A DNA stretch of 32,000 nucleotides from an uncultured Chloroflexia bacterium. Its GTDB lineage: Bacteria > Chloroflexota > Anaerolineae > Anaerolineales > Anaerolineaceae. Every line of letters starts with the position of its first letter. Within the stretch, counting starts at the first letter, position 1. Below are positions 24,574-32,000 of the stretch, piece by piece. The DNA lies in contig OY969938.1 of assembly GCA_963704755.1 (NCBI GenBank), forward strand, positions 660,001 to 692,000, written 5' to 3'. Both the position numbers and the translations under genes were made by a program. The notes beneath the pieces are model-generated. The model ran no database searches. It was not told the DNA's origin and saw nothing but the letters and a program-made list of their open reading frames with translations.

Positions 24574-24798
24574 ATGCAAGAAACGAATACCCAATTTACC
24601 AATTTGCTCACTGGCGAAGAGATCGCCAAAATTCTGCATGTTTCGAGGGCGTATGCCTATCAGCTCATGCGTCAAAGAATGATTCCAACCGTCAAAATCG
24701 GACGTAGCGTGCGTGTCCGGCAAGAAGATTTGGAACGGTTCATCTCCATGAATCTGGCTCAAAACAGCCTAATTCATACTCACAATGGACAGAACTGA
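24574..24798 (+). CDS. Excisionase-family HTH DNA-binding protein (candidate Xis)
   Basis: LLTGEEIAKILHVSRAYAYQLMRQRMIPTVKIGRSVRVRQEDLERFI. It lies directly upstream of the integrase. Confidence 0.8.
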   Translation: MQETNTQFTNLLTGEEIAKILHVSRAYAYQLMRQRMIPTVKIGRSVRVRQEDLERFISMNLAQNSLIHTHNGQN

Positions 24799-24911
24799 TG
24801 TTCCATTCCATTGACAAAAATGTTACAATATCATGTAACAACCGCACCTTAAAAAACGAATATCGAGAAAAACTTGGATTGCTGCCAGACGTTTCGCAAC
24901 AGGAGGAAACA

Positions 24912-26117
24912 ATGAACCAGCAATCCAGGAAAAGCAAAACCAGGCATCGCGGACACAACGAGGGCAGCATCCGGCCGACTCCGAATGGCACCTGGCGGGC
25001 ATGGGTAACTTTGAAGTCCGGGAAACGATTGAGTAAGACGCTTCCTACTAAACCTGAAGCTCGCGATTGGTTGCAACAGAAGATGGCAGAAGAAGAAGAG
25101 GCTCCTCAGTCAGAGGGAACATTTGGTGACTACGTACTGGGATGGTTTGAGAACCATTCCTCGCAGCTGAAAGAATCTACCCGCTGCGACTACCAGATCA
25201 TCATTCACAAGTACATCCTGCCGGCGCTGGGCGAGGTGATTTTGAACACGCTGCATCGCTCCGTGTTTAACTCGTTCTACACCAATCTGAGAAAGGTGCC
25301 GGTGGGTGACACGCAAATCCGCTACATCCATCGCATCATTCACAAAGCTTTGCAGGATGCGGTGAGTGACAGGATTTTACAATACAATCCCTGCGACGGA
25401 GCTAAAGCTCCCAAGAAACAGCGATTGCACCGCATCAACTGTCCGTTGAACGAGGAGGAGAGCATCCAATTGGTCACCAAGGCGATGGAAACCCCACTGG
25501 GACCGCTGATCTACCTGGCGATCAAAACAGGCATGCGGCAGGGCGAGTTGTTCGCTCTCAAGTGGGAGGATGTCCACTGGGAGACCCAGCAAATTCATAT
25601 TCAACGCAATTTGCAGCGGATTCTTCGGGATGGGAAACAGGTACGCGATTTCAGCACACCTAAGACCGTCACCAGCAACCGTGCAATCGTGGTAGGCGAG
25701 AAGACGCTTGAGGTGTTGAGAGCTCAAAAGAAAGACGTGGAACTAAAGAAGATGCTGGCGAAGAGTCGCTGGCAGGAGAACGATCTTGTCTTTCCTTCCA
25801 GTACGGGTACACCGATGAATCAGAGCAACATGCTCAAGCAATACGGAGCGATCCAGAAGGCGGCGAACCTGAAACACATCCGTTTTCACGACCTGCGCCA
25901 CATCGCGGCATCGATCATGCTCAATCACGGCATTCCGCTTTTGACGGTCTCCTACATTCTCGGGCACTCGCAGCCATCGACCACGTTGAACATGTACGGA
26001 CACCAATTCAGCGCCATGGAACTACAAGCTGCCTGTCTGGTGGACGACATCTTCGCCGGGGCTCAACCCAGTTCGTTGCCGGCCGAGTTCCTCTCAGTGG
26101 CCAATCTTAAGAAATGA
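24912..26117 (+). CDS. int: Tyrosine recombinase / phage-type integrase
   Basis: Track ORF 24798..26117. I prefer Met39 (24912), which has AGGAGG 5 nt upstream. N-terminal arm-binding-type motif: GHNEGSIRPTPNGTWRAWVT. Catalytic region: MRQGELFALKWEDV ... IRFHDLRHIAASIMLNHG ... LGHSQPSTTLNMYGH (R, H.LRH, H, Y). Confidence 0.9.
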   Translation: MNQQSRKSKTRHRGHNEGSIRPTPNGTWRAWVTLKSGKRLSKTLPTKPEARDWLQQKMAEEEEAPQSEGTFGDYVLGWFENHSSQLKESTRCDYQIIIHKYILPALGEVILNTLHRSVFNSFYTNLRKVPVGDTQIRYIHRIIHKALQDAVSDRILQYNPCDGAKAPKKQRLHRINCPLNEEESIQLVTKAMETPLGPLIYLAIKTGMRQGELFALKWEDVHWETQQIHIQRNLQRILRDGKQVRDFSTPKTVTSNRAIVVGEKTLEVLRAQKKDVELKKMLAKSRWQENDLVFPSSTGTPMNQSNMLKQYGAIQKAANLKHIRFHDLRHIAASIMLNHGIPLLTVSYILGHSQPSTTLNMYGHQFSAMELQAACLVDDIFAGAQPSSLPAEFLSVANLKK

Positions 26118-26255
26118 TTTCCTAATCTTAAGAAAAGTTGAGAGAAATCCCAAAAGTTTTGCACGTTTTTTGCACGTTTTTTTGCTCAGAATAAGCAATC
26201 GGACGGCACAAACCACCATATGTGCCGTCCGACTATCTCAGTACCCCTACATATA

Positions 26256-26299
26256 GGCGCCCCCGGGGAGGCTCGAACTCCCAACCTACTGATTCGAAG
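26256..26299 (-). tRNA. 3' half of a tRNA only (anticodon loop to acceptor 3' strand). It would read anticodon UCG (Arg). Likely an att-site core, not a complete gene.
   Basis: Minus-strand reading: CTTCGAA (loop, 26299..26293), TCAGT, AGGTT (variable), GGGAG-TTCGAGC-CTCCC (T arm, 26282..26266), CGGGGGC (acceptor 3' strand), G. The sequence 5' of the loop (GCACAC...) cannot pair with TCAGT. No GCCCCCG acceptor 5' strand or D arm is found within 100 nt. Confidence 0.55.
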
Positions 26300-26523
26300 G
26301 TGTGCAATCCCTGAGACGCCCGCTTTGCGATCCTTTCCACCCACGACGAGGTCTCGGCAAGCAGTTACAGTTTATCATGTTTTTTAGGCTGCTATGATTG
26401 TGGTTCAATGGGAATCACCGTGGTGAGGGCCGATAATTAGGAGTGTACGTGAACAAGGCTAAACGTAATACTTCAGTCGAGTGTATAAAAACCTCGAACA
26501 GGGGACTGGATCATTATTGTAAA

Positions 26524-26875
26524 GTAACTGCTCAACTACCGCAAAAGAGAGGGTGTTTTATTGTTTTTAGGGTGCTTCGCACCCAAAAAACAATAAACTC
26601 ACCCCTAATTCCCAAACCGGCCTGATTAGAAACATAGTAAGTAACTGTCCAGCCAACAGAGTAAGAATCCCGAATTTGATGTGTTTGCGGGGGCAAAGCC
26701 CCCGCAAACACATCAAATTCGGGAACACTCTAACACGGGATTGAGTAGTTATCAAAATAAAAAGTAACCGTTCAGGCTGGTTAAGAAGTTGAGAGTGTTT
26801 TTGAAGATTTTCGTGTGCGAAGCACACGAAAATCTTCAAAAACACTCTCTTTCTATCGGGTAGCTGAGTAGTTAC
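26524..26875. repeat. Three tandem ~115-nt palindromic modules, each a conserved outer box pair around a long central hairpin
   Basis: Left boxes GTAAC(T/C)G.. sit at 26524, 26641 and 26764. Inverted right boxes: CTGATTAGAAAC (26622..26633), TTGAGTAGTTAT (26741..26752), CTGAGTAGTTAC (26864..26875). Central hairpin A is imperfect (26551..26604). Hairpin B is a perfect 26-bp stem (26669..26694 / 26698..26723, loop AAA). Hairpin C is a perfect 28-bp stem (26791..26818 / 26822..26849, loop GAA). Confidence 0.65.
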
Positions 26876-26914
26876 AATAAAAATAAAAAAACCGAGGGTA
26901 TGGCTACCCTCGGT
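26873..26914 (-). terminator. Rho-independent terminator of rpoC
   Basis: A 10-bp perfect stem, ACCGAGGGTA (26891..26900) / TACCCTCGGT (26905..26914), with a 4-nt loop. On the minus strand it is followed by TTTTTTTATTTTT. It begins 24 nt after the rpoC stop. Confidence 0.8.
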
Positions 26915-26937
26915 TCCTTGTTAATTCCGATATGCGA

Positions 26938-29900
26938 CTAGTCGGCGCTGGTGATGTTCACCACCGAGATCCGGCGTCCTTCGTCAACCTGATCGCTGCC
27001 CTGGAAACGGCCATATTCAAAGCCTGTTCCGGCCGGGATCAGCTTACCGATGATCACGTTCTCTTTCAAACCGTACAGCGGATCTTCGTTGCCGGCGATC
27101 GCGGCTCCGGCCAGCACTTTGATGGTGTGCTGGAAGGAAGAGGCCGACAGGAACGAATCGGTGCTGAGGGAGGCTTTGGTGACACCCAGCAGTACTTCGG
27201 CGAAACGTGCAGGCTGGCGGCCTGTGGCGATCATCTGTTCGTTCACCCGGCGGATCTCCAGCCGGTCAACCAGGTCCATCGGCAGGTAAGCCGTATCACC
27301 TGGGCGGACCACCTGGATACGTCCGAGCATCTTGCGGATGATCACTTCGAAGTGTTTATCGTTGATGTTCTGGCCCTGAGCCCGGTAAACTTTCTGGATT
27401 TCCACCAGCAAGTACATCTGGCAGGCGTCACGCCCCTTGATGTGCAAGATGGTGTGCGGGTTCAACGAACCTTCGGTCAGCGGTTGGCCCGCTTCCACGT
27501 GTTCGTTATCCTTGATCAGGATACGGGACGTGGTCGGAATGTCGTACTCTTCCGTCTCGCGCTGCTCGTAAGAAACAACTACTTTGCGCTCTTCGATGCG
27601 CACCCGTCCGGTGTGCTGTGTGGTAATGGAGGCCTCACCCTGGACGGCGATTGGATCTCCCAACGAGACGCTGCCTTCGTCCTTGACCGAGATCGTCCAG
27701 GCTTCCGGAATGTCGTACTCGTCGCTGACCATCTCGCTGTGTTCCACACGGATCATGCGCTGATCGCTGTAGCGGTCGGATTGGATGATCTTGGCCACAC
27801 CCGAAATACGGGTGATCACAGCCTCGCCTTTCGGCGTGCGGCGGGCTTCGAAAAGCTCTTCTACACGGGGCAGACCGGTGGTGATGTCACCGCCAGCGGC
27901 CACACCGCCGGTGTGGAAGGTACGCAGGGTCAACTGGGTACCCGGCTCGCCGATGGATTGGGCAGCCACGGTTCCAACCGCTGCGCCTAACTGGACCATC
28001 TTGCCACGACCCAGATCCATACCGTAGCACTTGGAGCAAATACCGTGGATCAACTCGCAGGTCAATGGAGAACGGACTTTGACCTCGTCGATGCCGGCAT
28101 CCACCAGGATGCGGATGCGGTCGTGGTCAAGCATGTCGTCGCGTTCGGCCAAAATTTCACCGGTCTTCGGATCGATCACCCGCTGGGCCAATAAACGGCC
28201 GTACAGGCGCGTGCCCAAAGATTGGCCGGCCACGTCATCGACTTTCCGGATCCAGATACCATCGGTCGTGCCGCAGTCTTCCTCGTTGACGATGATGTCC
28301 TGGGCCACATCGACCAGGCGGCGGGTAAGGTAACCGGCGTCAGCCGTACGCAAAGCCGTATCGGCCAGGCCTTTGCGGGCGCCGTGGGTGGAGATGAAGT
28401 ATTCCAGGGCGGTCAGCCCTTCACGGAAATTGGATTGAATCGGCAGGCGGATGATACGCCCGGCCGGGTCAGCCATCAGACCGCGCATACCGGCCAACTG
28501 CGAGATAGGTCCGAAACCGCCTTTGGTGGCACCGGAATTGGCCATCGTGGCCAGGTTCCCGTTCGGGTTCATCGCGCGGCGGACTGCATCGGACACGTCC
28601 TTGGTCGTTTGCTGCCAGATCTCGATCTCGCGTTCGTTGCGCTCCTGCTCGGTCAGCAGACCACGGCGGTAAGAGCGTTGTACCGTTTCTACATCCTGCT
28701 GAGCTTTTTTGAGGATCTCGGTTTTTTCAACCGGCATGGTGATGTCGGCCACGGCGATTGTCGAACCAGAGCGCATGGCAAACTCAAAGCCGATGTCTTT
28801 AATCCGGTCGGCTACCTCAGTAGTCTGTTCTTCACCACAAACCTCATATACATCGGCGATCAAATCCTTGACACCACCCTTATCCAGGGTCTCGTTTCTG
28901 AATTTGACTTCCAACGGAAGGATGTTGTTGAAAATGGCGCGGCCAACCGTGGTATCGACCAATTGATGGCGCGCAGCCGGGAGCCGGTCGCCTTTTTCAT
29001 CGTACCAGGTATCCACAACCGTCTTGATGCGTGAATGGACGTGAAGCTGGCCAAGCTGGTAAGCCAGTTCGATCTCATCGATATCGTTGAAAGCGCGGCC
29101 GTTACCCGGGTGGGGCAGGTCGTCCATCATGGTCAGGTAATACACACCCAGCACCATATCTTTGGACGGGCTGATGATTGGCTCACCATCGGCAGGCTTC
29201 AACAGGTTCCGCGAGGAAAGCATCAGGTTCCGCGCTTCCCAGACCGCTTTTTCGGAAAGCGGCACGTGAACAGCCATCTGGTCGCCATCGAAGTCAGCGT
29301 TGAAGGCGGTAGTCACCAACGGGTGCAACTGGATCGCGCTGCCTTCGATCAGGATCGGCTCGAAGGCCTGAATACCCAGGCGGTGCAGGGTCGGTGCGCG
29401 GTTCAGCAGGACCGGCCGGTCGCGGATGACTTCTTCGAGCACCTCCCAGACCTCGGGACGGTTGCGTTCGATGAAGCGGCGGGCGCCTTTGACGTTGGCG
29501 GCGTAGTTGTGCGAAACCAACCGGGCAATCACGAACGGGCGGAAGAGTTCCAGCGCCATGGCTTTCGGCAAACCGCACTGGTACAGTTTGAGGGTCGGGC
29601 CGACCACGATGACCGAACGGCCAGAATAGTCCACACGTTTACCCAGCAGGTTACGGCGGAAGCGGCCCTTCTTACCTTTCAGCATATCGCTCAAAGACTT
29701 CAATTCACGGCGGCCGCGGCGAGAAAGCGCCTTACCGCGCTGGGAATTGTCGATCAGCGAATCGACTGCTTCCTGGAGCATACGTTTTTCGTTGCGGACG
29801 ATCACATCCGGCGCACCTAACTCGAGCAGTCGTTTAAGCCGGTTATTGCGGTTGATCACCCGGCGATATAAGTCGTTCAAATCGGAGGTCGCAAAGCGGC

Positions 29901-31173
29901 CACCGTCCAACTGCACCATTGGGCGCAGGTCGGGCGGGATGACCGGCAAGACCGTCAGGATCATCCATTCGGGCCGGTTAGATGAACGGCGGAAGGCTTC
30001 GACCACTTTCAAACGAGTGGTGGCCTTCTTGCGTTTCTGTTTGCTCTTCGAAGTACGCACTTCGTGCCACAGATCCACCGCAAGCTTGTCCAGGTCGAGC
30101 CGGCGCAAAACGTCGTAGAACGCCTCAGCGCCCATATCAGCCCGGAAGACCTGGCCCCAGCGCGATTTTAGTTCACGGTAGCGGCTCTCGCTCAAGAATG
30201 TGAACGGGCGCAGTTCCTGCAGCTCGTCGCGCAGGTGCGAATTATTGGACTGCGACTGGCTGGATTGATCCTCCAGGTTGTTGCGCAGCAGTTCCATCTC
30301 GGTCTCGGCCTGGGCGCGGATCTCTTCGATCTGCATCTTGATCTGTTCCAGTTCACGCTGGACCTGATCCTTGAATTCGTTCTCCAACTCTTCCAGGCGT
30401 TCTTTGACCACGCGCTGGACCCGGCCGATCGCCTGGGTCGAGATGGATCCACCGGCAGGAACGATTTCGACGTTGGCCGAAGCGAACACAATCGGGGTGC
30501 GGGTGACCGTGCCGTCTTTTTCCTGGAGCTGGCGCTCCAGCGATTGGCCTTCCTGAATGACCGGCTCTAATTTCTGGGCGATCATCTCATCGCGGCGATT
30601 TTCCAGGTCCTGGCGGCGCTGAGTCAATTCGCCGACCTTGTGGTCGCGGGCCTGTTTAACTTCCAAAATACGCGAGTTGATTTCGGTAGCCTGTTCACGC
30701 TCCGAAACGCTGATCTCGTCCTCCAGCCGTTTGAGGGCCTTCTGGCGAGCATCTTCATCGACATAGGTCACAATGTATTGGGCGAAGTACAGCACGCGGT
30801 CCAGGTTACGGCGGGAAATATCCAGGAGCAATCCCAGGTAAGAAGGCACCCGGCGCGTATACCAGATGTGTGCCACTGGCGTAGCCAGTTCGATATGCCC
30901 CATCCGCTCACGGCGAACCGAGGAGCGGGTTACTTCAACACCACACTTATCGCAAATAATCCCTTTATAACGGGGATTTTTATACTTTCCACAGTAACAT
31001 TGGTAATCACGGGTTGGGCCAAAAATCGCTTCGCAAAACAAACCATCCTTTTCCGGGCGGAGCCGGCGATAATTGATGGTTTCGGGTTTAAGAACCTCCC
31101 CATAGGACCAGCTACGAATGGTCTCCGGCGATGCAAGGCTGATACGTAATGCGGTTAGACTTTTCGTTTCCAC
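26938..31173 (-). CDS. rpoC: DNA-directed RNA polymerase subunit beta-prime
   Basis: 1411 aa, GTG start with AGGAGG upstream. Zinc-binding CYCGKYK...CDKCGVEV, catalytic [14 protein letters not shown], and trigger-loop and bridge-helix regions are all recognisable. Confidence 0.97.
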   Translation of the reverse strand: METKSLTALRISLASPETIRSWSYGEVLKPETINYRRLRPEKDGLFCEAIFGPTRDYQCYCGKYKNPRYKGIICDKCGVEVTRSSVRRERMGHIELATPVAHIWYTRRVPSYLGLLLDISRRNLDRVLYFAQYIVTYVDEDARQKALKRLEDEISVSEREQATEINSRILEVKQARDHKVGELTQRRQDLENRRDEMIAQKLEPVIQEGQSLERQLQEKDGTVTRTPIVFASANVEIVPAGGSISTQAIGRVQRVVKERLEELENEFKDQVQRELEQIKMQIEEIRAQAETEMELLRNNLEDQSSQSQSNNSHLRDELQELRPFTFLSESRYRELKSRWGQVFRADMGAEAFYDVLRRLDLDKLAVDLWHEVRTSKSKQKRKKATTRLKVVEAFRRSSNRPEWMILTVLPVIPPDLRPMVQLDGGRFATSDLNDLYRRVINRNNRLKRLLELGAPDVIVRNEKRMLQEAVDSLIDNSQRGKALSRRGRRELKSLSDMLKGKKGRFRRNLLGKRVDYSGRSVIVVGPTLKLYQCGLPKAMALELFRPFVIARLVSHNYAANVKGARRFIERNRPEVWEVLEEVIRDRPVLLNRAPTLHRLGIQAFEPILIEGSAIQLHPLVTTAFNADFDGDQMAVHVPLSEKAVWEARNLMLSSRNLLKPADGEPIISPSKDMVLGVYYLTMMDDLPHPGNGRAFNDIDEIELAYQLGQLHVHSRIKTVVDTWYDEKGDRLPAARHQLVDTTVGRAIFNNILPLEVKFRNETLDKGGVKDLIADVYEVCGEEQTTEVADRIKDIGFEFAMRSGSTIAVADITMPVEKTEILKKAQQDVETVQRSYRRGLLTEQERNEREIEIWQQTTKDVSDAVRRAMNPNGNLATMANSGATKGGFGPISQLAGMRGLMADPAGRIIRLPIQSNFREGLTALEYFISTHGARKGLADTALRTADAGYLTRRLVDVAQDIIVNEEDCGTTDGIWIRKVDDVAGQSLGTRLYGRLLAQRVIDPKTGEILAERDDMLDHDRIRILVDAGIDEVKVRSPLTCELIHGICSKCYGMDLGRGKMVQLGAAVGTVAAQSIGEPGTQLTLRTFHTGGVAAGGDITTGLPRVEELFEARRTPKGEAVITRISGVAKIIQSDRYSDQRMIRVEHSEMVSDEYDIPEAWTISVKDEGSVSLGDPIAVQGEASITTQHTGRVRIEERKVVVSYEQRETEEYDIPTTSRILIKDNEHVEAGQPLTEGSLNPHTILHIKGRDACQMYLLVEIQKVYRAQGQNINDKHFEVIIRKMLGRIQVVRPGDTAYLPMDLVDRLEIRRVNEQMIATGRQPARFAEVLLGVTKASLSTDSFLSASSFQHTIKVLAGAAIAGNEDPLYGLKENVIIGKLIPAGTGFEYGRFQGSDQVDEGRRISVVNITSAD

Positions 31174-31541
31174 TAATTCGCCTCCTGAACTGGAACCCTG
31201 GTATTAAACAAGTATAAACGCTCGAGACATCTCTCAGGCGTTAATTTCCGTTAAAAGGGCACTCATAACACACATGCAAACTGAAATTATATCACAAATT
31301 AACAGAATTCAAGTAGTCAATTTGAATTAAATTAAATATTTTAAGATTTATTTTTTTACCCCACTGATCGACGTTTGTGCCCTATGCAATCTTCAGACGC
31401 CCCATATTATACCTCTTTCTGTTAGGGTTTTCCAATTAGAAAGAGAGTGTTTTTCTTTCTTTTTTTCTCCGTGAACTCTGTGGCTCCGTGGTTTTATCCT
31501 CTCCACGCTCTCTGCGCCTCTGCGGTTAATTTTCTCTCCCC

Positions 31542-32000
31542 CTACTCCGCAAAATCCACGGTCGGCGTCAGGTTCATGGGAAATTCGATGCTGAAGGTGC
31601 TGCCTTTGCCTAAATAGCTCTCCACGGTGACTTTTCCGTGGTGCCGTTCGGCGATCTTCTTTACGATCGTCAGGCCCAGGCCGGTGCCACGCTGGTCGAA
31701 GGCCTCTCGCCGGCCGGAGCGGTAGAAACGGTCGAACAGGCGGTTCAGGTCCACCGGCGCGATCCCGATCCCTGAATCGGCCACCTCGATCTTGACCATG
31801 TCTTCCTCCTGCAGCAGCCGCACCGTGACCTCGCCGTTCGAGCGGGTGTATTTGATGGCGTTATCCACCAGGTTGATCAAGGCTTGCTGTAACAACGCTG
31901 CGTCGGCAAACAGATTAATCCGCTTACCCTCCGGCAAGCCAACAAATTTTAGCTGGATATTCTTCTGGGCTGCCTGCGGGTAATACTGCTTGAAGACCTT
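31542..32000 (-). CDS. Sensor histidine kinase, C-terminal HATPase_c part (partial; the N-terminus lies right of the window)
   Basis: N box LINLVDNAIKYT, G1 DSGIGI, G2 GTGLGLTIV. The frame stays open from 31937 to the window edge (KVFKQYYPQAAQKNIQLKFVG...). Confidence 0.85.
   Translation of the reverse strand, partial: KVFKQYYPQAAQKNIQLKFVGLPEGKRINLFADAALLQQALINLVDNAIKYTRSNGEVTVRLLQEEDMVKIEVADSGIGIAPVDLNRLFDRFYRSGRREAFDQRGTGLGLTIVKKIAERHHGKVTVESYLGKGSTFSIEFPMNLTPTVDFAE

Noticed and set aside
24811-24840. TTGACA followed by TACAAT, and the GTTACA-N6-TGTAAC palindrome, as the int promoter
   Set aside because: The TTGACA to TACAAT spacing is only 7 nt. With a 17-nt spacer the -10 box would be a poor TGTAAC. 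The palindrome may still be a binding site, but a promoter call is not supportable.
24798-24911. Integrase start at 24798 (TGATG overlap with the HTH gene)
   Set aside because: The extra 38 residues resemble no integrase N-terminus. AGGAGG precedes the ATG at 24912, and the typical arm-binding motif starts just after it. The longer form cannot be fully excluded.
26256-26345. A complete tRNA gene (or tmRNA 3' end) at the integrase-proximal junction
   Set aside because: Only the anticodon loop through the acceptor 3' strand can be folded. The upstream sequence cannot form the anticodon 5' stem, D arm or acceptor 5' strand. The acceptor sequence does not resemble the Ala-like tmRNA end.
26443-26845. 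ORFs 26443..26625 (+) and 26567..26845 (-) as small proteins
   Set aside because: They run straight through the long perfect hairpins, so each arm would encode the mirror of the other. They have no RBS and no recognisable motifs. The region is better explained as structured non-coding repeats.
26524-26875. CRISPR array
   Set aside because: There is no constant direct repeat alternating with unique spacers. The conserved parts are inverted box pairs and the variable parts are themselves palindromes. There are only three units and no cas genes.
30168-30756. The ~170-residue coiled-coil insertion in beta-prime (between the YFAQY.V and MGAEA regions) as a novel feature
   Set aside because: Large lineage-specific insertions at this position of beta-prime are well known in several phyla (for example the Thermus non-conserved domain). 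It is a taxonomic marker rather than a new system.
26932-31149. Numerous long plus-strand ORFs (for example 26932..27990, 28222..29034, 29035..29820, 30640..31149) and short minus-strand ORFs inside rpoC
   Set aside because: They lie antisense to or out of frame with an unmistakable full-length rpoC. Their products are Arg/Gly/Ala/Pro-rich and low in complexity, as expected for open frames in GC-rich DNA.

Overview
About 26 kb of visibly AT-rich accessory DNA, almost all coded on the minus strand, abuts a GC-rich core segment holding rpoC and a sensor kinase. It reads as a defence and mobile island next to an integrase/att junction.

Left to right, the island contains:
- a partial DUF6602-like nuclease-fold gene and a TIR-domain gene
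- an IS element with an rve/DDE transposase and doubled terminal motifs
- a decayed HigA-like antitoxin fused to a helicase remnant
- a PIN/AbrB and a Gp49(HigB-like)/XRE toxin-antitoxin pair, each with a readable promoter (the latter with a palindromic operator)
- a small RHH-like gene plus a membrane protein
- a metallophosphoesterase
- a TPR/beta-propeller/FAN1-like VRR-NUC nuclease and a small TPR protein
- a short, catalytically dead MID-PIWI Argonaute, overlapped by an upstream HNH-nuclease-APAZ partner gene
- two uncharacterised genes
- a type III R-M operon (mod, embedded rhuM, res) with a frame break near the 3' end of mod
- a 2-TM protein translationally coupled to an SNF2 helicase that is broken by two frameshifts at short homopolymers
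- two excisionase-type HTH genes, a tyrosine integrase, and a repeat-rich att-like region ending in the 3' half of a tRNA

Between that tRNA half and the rpoC terminator lie three tandem palindromic modules of about 115 nt. Each has a long hairpin, perfect (26-28 bp) in two of them and imperfect in the third.

The best candidate for a poorly described system is the HNH-APAZ/short-pAgo pair at 9832-12553, possibly together with the co-directional TPR and VRR-NUC genes downstream. All family names come from motif recognition by eye; no database search was run.
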